Positions 21,128-28,647 of a DNA stretch of 32,000 bases are shown piece by piece. Position 1 is the stretch's first letter. The number at the start of each line of letters is the position of its first letter. Origin of the DNA: Methanobacterium congolense. Its GTDB lineage: Archaea; Methanobacteriota; Methanobacteria; Methanobacteriales; Methanobacteriaceae. The notes beneath the pieces are model-generated. The model was given only the letters and a program-made list of their open reading frames with translations, was not told where the DNA came from and did no database searches. Where the stretch lies: assembly GCF_900095295.1 (NCBI RefSeq), contig NZ_LT607756.1, positions 465,163 to 497,162 of the forward strand, given 5' to 3'. A program made the position numbers and the translations under genes.

Positions 21128-21318
21128 GGTTGTCCATGTTAGGAATTAGGACTTCCTCAGCTATCTGATAAGTAAAATTTTACCCAACATGGATCCAACC
21201 GGCTTGGTTTATAGAGTATCCAAACACTCTTTCGCTCAAATGTTTCCTTCAGAGGATACTCTATAACATACAATCAAGCTAAGGAATTATATTCCGAACA
21301 ACAGATTTTTGATTTTTT
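21128..21318 (+). ncRNA. Candidate structured small RNA of unknown class
   Basis: The segment is ORF-free. Helix 1 pairs 21128-21140 (GGTTGTCCATGTT) with 21186-21200 (AACATGGAtcCAACC), giving 13 bp with a 2-nt bulge. Helix 2 is a perfect 12-bp pairing of TATAGAGTATCC (21210-21221) with GGATACTCTATA (21254-21265). A third hairpin is GGAAT-tat-ATTCC (21283-21295). The segment ends in T5 and T6 runs (21306-21318). Strand and ends are inferred. Confidence 0.35.
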
Positions 21319-21532
21319 CAAACGATCTTTATCCTCCTTTTTATATTAAGAAGTGTAATTAATAGTGTCCTTTGTTAATCCGGCTAACTCATTATTGTAG
21401 TATATCCTTGCAATCGGTTCATTGATATTCATTTAATGAATCAAGTGAATTAACCAAAATTTAATTAACTAAAAAATCAAAAACAGGTTATTTTATTCAA
21501 TATTATGATTTTACTAAACGGGATGTTACTCA

Positions 21533-22216
21533 ATGATAATACCAGTTATCGATCTAAAAAATGGTGAAGCAGTTTCAGGTAAATCTGGAATGAGAGAAAC
21601 TTATAAACCTCTTAAAACAATTTTTTCACAATCTTCTGATGCAGTGGAGATTGCAAAATCCTTAAAAGCTGCAGGAGCAAAGCGTATGTACATAGCAGAC
21701 CTGGACTCCATTGAAGGAGAGGGATCTAACCTCCAAATCGTGAAGAAGGTCAATGAAATAATTCCTGTTATGCTGGACGCGGGTGCTAACAATGTTCAAA
21801 GGGTTGAAAAGTTTTTAAAATTTGCAGATAAGGTTATTATTGCAACAGAAACACTTAAAACTCTTAAAAGTCTTGATGAGATATTTAAATCCTTCAAGAG
21901 AGATGAACTGGTTCTGAGCATAGACATAAAGAACAACGAACTTCTGGCAAGGGATATGGACACGGATCTGAATACTCTTGTTAATAAAATAAAAGATTTA
22001 AAACCTCCTGAAATCATTTTACTTGATATATCTCGGGTTGGAACTGAAAGTGGTGTTAATAACGCCATTATTAATAAGTTTGAAGCATTTAAATCCTCAA
22101 TAATTATGGGTGGCGGTATCCTTGAGGAGAATATTGAAGAACTCTCAGGTAAAGGTGTTCATAAGTTCCTTGTTGGTTCTGCACTCCACTCTGGTAGAAT
22201 AAGGTCCATGTTTTAA
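21533..22216 (+). CDS. HisA/HisF-related (beta/alpha)8-barrel protein, non-histidine paralogue
   Basis: MIIPVIDLKNGEAVSG start, YIADLDSIEG, and the phosphate-binding end GGGI...L...G.....VGSAL. At 227 aa it resembles the archaeal 'hisA/hisF family related' group rather than bona fide HisA. Confidence 0.85.
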   Translation: MIIPVIDLKNGEAVSGKSGMRETYKPLKTIFSQSSDAVEIAKSLKAAGAKRMYIADLDSIEGEGSNLQIVKKVNEIIPVMLDAGANNVQRVEKFLKFADKVIIATETLKTLKSLDEIFKSFKRDELVLSIDIKNNELLARDMDTDLNTLVNKIKDLKPPEIILLDISRVGTESGVNNAIINKFEAFKSSIIMGGGILEENIEELSGKGVHKFLVGSALHSGRIRSMF

Positions 22217-22240
22217 GTTCAAAAAAAGGAGAAGATTAAA

Positions 22241-23170
22241 ATGTCGAAATTTCTCATTGTAGGTCCATTAACCATGGATACCATAGTCCGTGACAAAAAG
22301 ACCTACCAATCAACAGGAGGGGCTGTTTATTATCAGGCAGCAGTTCTATCTCGAATGGGAGTGGACACAACTGCAGTTGTAACCTTTGCAGAGGAGGATG
22401 AACACCTCCTTGAATCTTTTCCAGATGATGTAACCTTTCAACCTGTTTTCGTTGATAAAACACTGAAGTTCGAGAACATATACCCAAACCATGATCCCAA
22501 TCACAGGATCCAAAATGCACACATCACTCAAAACCCAATAAAACCTGAAAACCTCAGCAAAATCGATCTTAAAGGATTCGACGCATTTTTAATATCTCCA
22601 CTCACACCCTTCGATGTGCCCCTTGAAACTGTTGAATATCTTTCCAGTTTCGATGTTCCAATTTATGCAGGTATACAGGGATATTTAAGGCATATAAAAG
22701 AAAATAAAGTTATCTTAAAACCTTGGGGTGAATTTAAAAGATTTTTAAAGTTCTTTGATGTTGTGTTCCTTGATGAGGTGGAGGCAAGGGTGGTGCTGGG
22801 CACACACATCCACAAACTCGAGTCTGTTGCAAGAACCATCGGTAACTTTGGACCAAATGAAGTTGTAATCACCATGGGGAATAGGGGATCCATCATATAT
22901 TCAGTAAAAACTCAAGGTACCTATAAAATTCCTGCATTTCCCCACAAGCAAAGGGTAGATCCTACAGGTTTGGGTGATACTTACATGGCCGCCTATGCAA
23001 CTAAAAGGATGGAAACCTCAAACCCTGAAACGTGCGGAATATTTGCATCCATGGCATCCACTATAAAACTTGAATCTGAAGGAAGTTTTGATGGTACAAA
23101 GGGTTTAGTGGAGGATAGAATCAGTGAAGAGAATATAATCAGTATAGAATCTGTAAAAAAGCAAGTATAA
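22241..23170 (+). CDS. PfkB-family carbohydrate/nucleoside kinase
   Basis: N-terminal VGPLTMDT...GGAVYY and the C-terminal anion-hole motif DPTGLGDTYMAAYA. AAGGAG SD, 24 nt after the previous stop. Confidence 0.87.
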   Translation: MSKFLIVGPLTMDTIVRDKKTYQSTGGAVYYQAAVLSRMGVDTTAVVTFAEEDEHLLESFPDDVTFQPVFVDKTLKFENIYPNHDPNHRIQNAHITQNPIKPENLSKIDLKGFDAFLISPLTPFDVPLETVEYLSSFDVPIYAGIQGYLRHIKENKVILKPWGEFKRFLKFFDVVFLDEVEARVVLGTHIHKLESVARTIGNFGPNEVVITMGNRGSIIYSVKTQGTYKIPAFPHKQRVDPTGLGDTYMAAYATKRMETSNPETCGIFASMASTIKLESEGSFDGTKGLVEDRISEENIISIESVKKQV

Positions 23171-23459
23171 TATTTATTTGAGCAAATTAACCCTTCTTTA
23201 AAATTTATTTCTGATTTTATGGTTTTTTTAACATTCCCTTTAAAGATATATTTATATTTTAAAAAGATATTTAAAAAAAATATATTCTAAAAAAAGTTCC
23301 GTGTTTTAATTCCTTTAAATCTTTACATCCCTTTTTGATATATTAAAGAATGAACTAAAAATTTAAAAAATAAATAAGAATTGGAGTTCAATCATCTCCC
23401 ACGTCTTTTTAAATTCCTCCATTGTGGATCAAATTTTTTGATCACCTAAGACTTTTTGA

Positions 23460-23651
23460 TCACCCTAAAACTGCAGGAAGAATTAAAAATGGTAAAATTC
23501 CTGCTGCAAAGAATAATGCCATTCCAATTAGGGTGTAATTCATTTTTCTATCCATTATACCTGAACAGAGAAGTAACACGCCTATAAATGCAAGTATGGG
23601 AGGAATTATATGAGAATATAATAACGATCCGAGTATAACTGTTTCTGACAT
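23460..23651 (-). CDS. 63-aa two-TM membrane protein, unknown function
   Basis: Two hydrophobic helices (ILGSLLYSHIIPPILAFIGVLLLCSGI and YTLIGMALFFAAGILPFLILPAVLG). GAGATGAT SD-like sequence 4 nt upstream. It lies 101 nt downstream of the sortase-fold gene on the same strand. Confidence 0.55.
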   Translation of the reverse strand: MSETVILGSLLYSHIIPPILAFIGVLLLCSGIMDRKMNYTLIGMALFFAAGILPFLILPAVLG

Positions 23652-23752
23652 TTAAATCATCTCTTCTCTTTGTATATTTTAGCGGTTCTATATACTTTTC
23701 TGTTACCTTTTACTATTCAGCATATATTCAAATTGATTGATCCCACTGGATT

Positions 23753-24730
23753 TCATAGAGGTTCTATTGAAACGAGTTTACAATGGGTCTGGAAGGCAGC
23801 CTTACTGTATCCTTTTGGCCAGCACGTTACTAACTTCAATTCAGGATTACCTGCGGTGAAATTCACAGGGTTTGTTTTGAAATCCCATTTTATATCCCAA
23901 CTGGATGAAACCTGGTAGGTGTAACGTTTTTGACTCAGTAGATCCGTTACAACAACAACGTCTCCAGTTTTCAAGGTATCGATGTTCATGAACGGTGCTG
24001 AAAACCTGGTGTGATGTCCTAAAAGACCAGCAACACCATCTTGACCTGGATAAAAGCTTTCGTTGTAATGGTAAACTGAACCAAGTGCATTAACTGTGTC
24101 TGAACGTATTCCCCAGTTCACACCAAGACTTGGAATTGAAACGTATCCCCAGAAGGGTGAAACTGTTGAATTACTTGAATTTTCTATTTTAAAACTTTCA
24201 GTAACTATATCTGAAGATACAGGTTCTTCAGAGCCAGGTAAAAGTGAACTTAAACTGAATTTATCGTTGGATTCATTCATAGGAGTTTTTACTATTATAC
24301 TGTATAAAAATCCGTCTTTAACAACCCAAATTTCGTCCAGAGCAATTGAGGAGTTTTTGGTGTTAACTTCATAGCTGTTTTTGTAGCCACTTAAATTATC
24401 CACTGTGATGTTCTCAGATGATACGAACTTAAAACCCAGATCTTTAGCCTCACTGAAATTCAGGGCAAAGTTATTGTTTGAAGCGTAATCTGAAGGCATG
24501 AACTGTTTATTAACCGTTATGTTTGAACCTGAATTTGGATCTTTGAACGCAGCAACGTGACTTCCAGCTTCAACACTCTCCCAGGTGGCAGAGTAATCAA
24601 AGGATATTCCATCCCCACTAAAATGTTTTTTTTCTACATTATTACCCTCTGTTGCGTAAACTACGAGGAAAAGAACAACTATTATTGCTAAACTATAATT
24701 CAAATACTTTTTCAATCTAATGATCTCCAT
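23753..24730 (-). CDS. Membrane-anchored extracytoplasmic protein: PsbP-like N-terminal domain fused to a sortase-fold transpeptidase domain
   Basis: N-terminal signal anchor (LNYSLAIIVVLFLVVYA). The C-terminal ~130 aa carry sortase landmarks: LLGHHTRFSAPFMNIDTLKTGDVVVV (catalytic His context), YTYQV, and ELKLVTCWP (TLxTC-like Cys motif). About ten N-x-S/T sequons lie in the external part. Confidence 0.78.
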   Translation of the reverse strand: MEIIRLKKYLNYSLAIIVVLFLVVYATEGNNVEKKHFSGDGISFDYSATWESVEAGSHVAAFKDPNSGSNITVNKQFMPSDYASNNNFALNFSEAKDLGFKFVSSENITVDNLSGYKNSYEVNTKNSSIALDEIWVVKDGFLYSIIVKTPMNESNDKFSLSSLLPGSEEPVSSDIVTESFKIENSSNSTVSPFWGYVSIPSLGVNWGIRSDTVNALGSVYHYNESFYPGQDGVAGLLGHHTRFSAPFMNIDTLKTGDVVVVTDLLSQKRYTYQVSSSWDIKWDFKTNPVNFTAGNPELKLVTCWPKGYSKAAFQTHCKLVSIEPL

Positions 24731-24958
24731 CTAATAATTTCTAAATAAAAGGTTCCATTGGTTCTTAATTGGAATTTTATTTGGTTAAAATCCTTTTTTC
24801 TACATCTCCATGGAACAATTCTAATGCTAATAAGTGGTACTATAGTTCCATAAAAAGGTTGTGTAAAACACGAACATGAAATAAAAAAATTCTAATCAAA
24901 CCGAATCATTCAAAAATATTATAACAAATAAATAGGATTTAAGAATATATTACACTGC

Positions 24959-26509
24959 TCAATCATACTCAAGAATTGTTCTACGCAGTTCTTTTTCAGA
25001 TTCTGCAATCACATCTATCCTGTCAACTTCAATACCATTGTTGTGCAGGTACTCAACCAGCTGTACAGGGGTCACGGTGTCATCAAGGTCCACTATCAGG
25101 GATTCTGATTCGTATGAAATTTTGTTGGCCCCGTACTTCAAAAGTGCACTATAAGTATCATTTATCTGGGCCGTTCGCACACGGAAAGATCTTGTTTGGC
25201 GCATAACCTGTGCAATATCAATTCTCATTCTTTGAAGTGTTATTAAAACGTGTTTTTCAAGGGCTTCATCAAGAACTTCTCTGTCAACAACATCTTTGCC
25301 ACGATTTATCCTCACTGCCTGACATATCTGTGCAACATCCCTTGCATGGGCAAAACTGGGCTGAAGACCCTCTCCACCATTTTCGGGGTCATCGTAAACA
25401 TTTACAAATCTTTTGAGAACTCTTTCATCATATTTTTCGCCAATGGCATCAAGGTTTCGTTTGAAGACTTCCCTAACGTCCTCAAGGTTAGGTTTTTTAA
25501 GGAATATGTGAAGTGGGGCTCTTCTGAGGTGTGCTTCATCCATTATGCTTATGTCCAGGTTGGTTGAAAATGCAGGTATGAAGTGGCTGTGGAATATGAC
25601 TGGAATTCCCCTGACGTATATAACGTCTTTTTTATTTTCCATAGGTACAATGAGTCTGTTAAGAATAAGTTCATGGTCATCCCTTTGCCTTCCAAGGTCG
25701 TCTATTAGTAAAACTCCTCCATTAGCCTTTATTATTGGGGAAGTTTCATAGACTCCTTTGTTAGGGTTGTAGTTGGTTTCCAATTTATTTAAACTTAGTT
25801 CCGCACCTGTAAGTACAAAAGGGGCACATATCTTAACCCAGCGAGGATCTTCTGGTTGTTCCTCACATTCCTTGTGAAAATCAGGATCGTATATCTGGAT
25901 CACCATTCCCCCAAATTCTATGAACTTGGGAATTAGAACTGGAGGTAGAAGATCTGGCATTTTGCCTAGAATGAAGGTTTTACCGGTTCCAGGTTCCCCG
26001 TAAATGAAAACTCCCTTACCAATTATGCAGGCTTCAATGAGGGATTCTTTTGCATATTCAACACCCACAACTTCATGGAATGTGTTTTCCACAACTTCCG
26101 GGGGTATTCTAATGGGGTAACGATTCTTCATTTGGGCTTCCATTATGGTGTAGTAATCCTCATAATTCACAGGAGCCATTCCCATGTAGGGGTTGTCTTC
26201 AGAAATTGCTCTGGATTTTTCCCTGCCCTTCTTGGTAACACTGTACTCAATACTTGAAAAAAGGAATCCTCCACTCACAGGGGCACAGAAACCATCTTTC
26301 TCAAGTTCAGTTAAGCTTTCTTTAATTACATCCCAGTGCAAACCTGTGATCTCATTTATTCGGCTTGTTTTAACTGTGTTGTGGTTTGCTATGATCTTCA
26401 ATATGAGATCCTTTACAAATGTCCCTGGAAGATTCAGTTCCTCCAGTGATTTAGGTTCCTCCAGTACTTCGAATAGTTTTTCCATTTTGGGGTCATGATA
26501 GTAGCTCAT
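24959..26509 (-). CDS. AAA+ ATPase with N-terminal winged-helix-like domain and C-terminal ~90-aa extension (family unassigned; MoxR/Mg-chelatase-like core layout)
   Basis: Walker A is GEPGTGKT and Walker B is GGVLLIDDLGRQ. This is followed by LILNRLIVPMENKKDVIYVRG...PAFSTNLD...MDEAHLRRAP, which resembles the MoxR-type LL..ME...V...G...ATxNP...L.EA.LDRF arrangement. The N-terminal ~100 aa have a wHTH pattern. AGAGGTG SD. Confidence 0.87.
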   Translation of the reverse strand: MSYYHDPKMEKLFEVLEEPKSLEELNLPGTFVKDLILKIIANHNTVKTSRINEITGLHWDVIKESLTELEKDGFCAPVSGGFLFSSIEYSVTKKGREKSRAISEDNPYMGMAPVNYEDYYTIMEAQMKNRYPIRIPPEVVENTFHEVVGVEYAKESLIEACIIGKGVFIYGEPGTGKTFILGKMPDLLPPVLIPKFIEFGGMVIQIYDPDFHKECEEQPEDPRWVKICAPFVLTGAELSLNKLETNYNPNKGVYETSPIIKANGGVLLIDDLGRQRDDHELILNRLIVPMENKKDVIYVRGIPVIFHSHFIPAFSTNLDISIMDEAHLRRAPLHIFLKKPNLEDVREVFKRNLDAIGEKYDERVLKRFVNVYDDPENGGEGLQPSFAHARDVAQICQAVRINRGKDVVDREVLDEALEKHVLITLQRMRIDIAQVMRQTRSFRVRTAQINDTYSALLKYGANKISYESESLIVDLDDTVTPVQLVEYLHNNGIEVDRIDVIAESEKELRRTILEYD

Positions 26510-26564
26510 TAAAGCACCTCTTTTACATACAACACCAACTTCAGATTTAAATTCAAATTTTGTG

Positions 26565-26571
26565 TATAAAA
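26565..26571 (-). promoter_or_regulatory. TATA-like element (TTTTATA on the minus strand) upstream of the AAA+ ATPase gene
   Basis: Located about 56-62 nt upstream of the ATG at 26509, within the 90-nt spacer after the HAD gene stop. Confidence 0.3.
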
Positions 26572-26599
26572 CAGTATCATACGTCAGTAGATCCTGTGA

Positions 26600-27280
26600 T
26601 TACAGTATATTCTTGATTTCCCCTAGATCCTTTATAACTTCCACATTCAAATTTTCTTTTTTGAGATACTCCCTTTCAGAATCTTTTAACTCTGAATTAA
26701 CCAGTATTGCAGACATTCCTACATTTAAGGCGCCCATTATGTCTTCGTTGAACTTATTACCGATCATAACGGATCTTTCAGCTTCACAGCCCATTCTATC
26801 AAGGGCGAGTTGGAATATCTTCTCATTTGGTTTTTCAACACCTGCCTCTTGAGAGGTTACAACTTCCTCGAAAAAATGGTGAAGGCCAAGTCTTATGAGT
26901 TTTTCCCATTGTTTAATGGTTATTCCATTTGAAATAACTCCCAAGGTATATCCTTTACCCTTCAGGTAAATCAAGGAGGATACTGTGTTAGGGAACAATC
27001 TTAAAAGAGCGAATTTAACGTTGTGGTATGTGATCATTCCCAGAGCTATTAAAAGAGGCTTTTCCTCTCCAAAAACACGTTTTGTTAGAACGTTGAAATG
27101 TTTGTCGTAGTTGGATCCCTTTTCATCTATTATCTCTCGTAGAAGTATGTAGGCTTCATCCTGTTCCATGGGCAGCCCTGCATCGATCATACTGTTCAAT
27201 GCAGCCTTTCTTGCAAGTTTTGCAAAGCCCGAAGTATCGTAAAGAGTATCATCAATATCAAAAAAAACAGCGTCTATCAT
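26600..27280 (-). CDS. HAD-superfamily (subfamily IA) phosphatase
   Basis: Motif I FFDIDDTLYDT, motif II VISNG, and motif III/IV K...MIGNKFNEDIMGA. 226 aa with a GGTG SD. Confidence 0.9.
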   Translation of the reverse strand: MIDAVFFDIDDTLYDTSGFAKLARKAALNSMIDAGLPMEQDEAYILLREIIDEKGSNYDKHFNVLTKRVFGEEKPLLIALGMITYHNVKFALLRLFPNTVSSLIYLKGKGYTLGVISNGITIKQWEKLIRLGLHHFFEEVVTSQEAGVEKPNEKIFQLALDRMGCEAERSVMIGNKFNEDIMGALNVGMSAILVNSELKDSEREYLKKENLNVEVIKDLGEIKNIL

Positions 27281-27425
27281 TTTTACACCATAAACCTTTA
27301 CAACATTTGATCATTACGCAATTGATTATTTAAAACTAATGAATAACATGCCTGAGTTTTTGTTGGATAAAACTCTCAGTTCATTGTTATAGATTCTCTT
27401 TATAGATTGTTTGTATTAATAGTTA

Positions 27426-27570
27426 TCACGTTGAATTAATGTTTCACGTTGAATTGACTGCATCTATATCAAATCGATTTAAAATTATTCTGTAAAATAA
27501 AATTATTCTTTCTAAAAATAATCGAATCCTTAGTTGAATCCGTAATTTAATCTTCCTTAATTTAATCTTC
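27426..27570. repeat. Cluster of short perfect direct repeats in the polB-C/HAD intergenic region
   Basis: TCACGTTGAATT x2 (27426-27437 and 27444-27455). AAAATTATTCT x2 (27481-27491 and 27499-27509). TAATTTAATCTTC x2 (27543-27555 and 27558-27570). Confidence 0.6.
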
Positions 27571-27629
27571 AATTAATAAAAATAAAAACAACTTAAATCA
27601 ATACTTCAAGTGAATGATCTAATTATCAT

Positions 27630-28283
27630 TTAAAAAAATGCATCCAAACTGCTCTGCTTTTCTTTCTGCATTATTTCCTCTTCAGAATAACCAATGGAAT
27701 TGATTATACGTGAGACTGCAGGTAAAACTTGGTTCTCAATGTAGTAGTTTGGATCGTAGTTTGCAACATCCACATCCTCTATTGGTTCTGCACGTCTGCT
27801 TATGGGTTCTCTACCCTTAACAACAACGTAACGGATGATGGATCCTGGTCCAACAGTCCTTCCACGTTCAATTGCTTTCCTGGCAGCCATTACATGGGGT
27901 GCCTTTTGAACGTAGTTTTCTGGTTTCTTTGTAAGCTGTGTGTGTATAACAAGATCTTCCAGGGGAATATTCCCCTCTTTTATCTCGTCAATAACATCTT
28001 TAATGATTTTAGCGGCTTTTTGAGGGGAACCTTCCTTGAGTATGGCCATCATGACCTGCTCTTGGGTCTTTTTTGCTACAGGGGCCCAGTCACGCCTTAC
28101 AAGTTCCAAACCCTTTACGGTTATGTTGTTGTCATGTATCAAGGCGTATCTTTTCTTGGTTACAAAGAAACCCCTTTCGTAGAACCCCTCATATTCGAGT
28201 TCCATTCCTTCAGGGAGGTCTTTATTCACATCCCCAAGGAACTCGTTCACCCGTTCTAAAATCTGTTTATTCAACCAGTACAC
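27630..28283 (-). CDS. polB: Family-B DNA polymerase, separately encoded C-terminal (thumb) polypeptide of a split PolB
   Basis: The 217-aa ORF starts (GTG) just before the KxY region ([11 protein letters not shown]) and continues GLELVRRDW...APHVMAARK...[11 protein letters not shown]. The exonuclease and palm motifs A-C are absent from the ORF and from the upstream DNA, which encodes S8e. Confidence 0.9.
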   Translation of the reverse strand: MYWLNKQILERVNEFLGDVNKDLPEGMELEYEGFYERGFFVTKKRYALIHDNNITVKGLELVRRDWAPVAKKTQEQVMMAILKEGSPQKAAKIIKDVIDEIKEGNIPLEDLVIHTQLTKKPENYVQKAPHVMAARKAIERGRTVGPGSIIRYVVVKGREPISRRAEPIEDVDVANYDPNYYIENQVLPAVSRIINSIGYSEEEIMQKEKQSSLDAFF

Positions 28284-28647
28284 CGTTTACCATGCCGTGC
28301 TGGCCTGGCCTGGATGTTACTTTAGCTTTTCCAAGGCTGGTCTCAACAACAGCTCCTTTTGTTATGATGTTACGCCTTACGAAGTGGGTGTTTGCTGTGT
28401 TGTCCACAACGTTGAGTATATCTGTTACCTGGACCTTGTTGGTCTTTGGGTCCACAACGTTGATGGTTTGGGTGTTGGTGAGTCTGATCTTTTCGTTTCC
28501 ACCTTTGGTTCTGATCTTTTTGACCTTTCTGTCTCCGATTTTGGTTTCAGCAGGGTCTCTTCCAAATTCAGAGTTCCTCTTGTTCCTGTTGGTTTTTGCA
28601 CGTGCACCTGTTGGTTTTCTTAATGATTTTCCTTGCCATATTGCCAT
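28267..28647 (-). CDS. rps8e: 30S ribosomal protein S8e
   Basis: [18 protein letters not shown]...[19 protein letters not shown] 5 nt upstream. The 3' end overlaps the polB-C start by 17 nt. Confidence 0.95.
   Translation of the reverse strand: MAIWQGKSLRKPTGARAKTNRNKRNSEFGRDPAETKIGDRKVKKIRTKGGNEKIRLTNTQTINVVDPKTNKVQVTDILNVVDNTANTHFVRRNIITKGAVVETSLGKAKVTSRPGQHGMVNGVLVE

Noticed and set aside
20965-21165. GGAAGTCC / GAGGAAGTCC strings reminiscent of the RNase P RNA P4 'GAGGAAAGTCC' element
   Set aside because: It is only a partial match (one A short). The surrounding sequence is too AT-rich and lacks the other universally conserved RNase P RNA regions. The SRP RNA and tRNA-like ideas were dropped for the same reason.
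21189-21266. 25-aa ORF (MDPTGLVYRVSKHSFAQMFPSEDTL) inside the candidate ncRNA
   Set aside because: There is no SD. The start and stop lie within the arms of the predicted helices, so RNA structure explains the sequence better than coding does.
23460-23480. C-terminal LPAVLG of the 63-aa protein as a possible sortase sorting signal
   Set aside because: It does not fit LPXTG/LAXTG because it has one residue too many and no Thr. It lies at the extreme C-terminus inside a TM helix, whereas a sorting signal sits before a TM segment and a basic tail.
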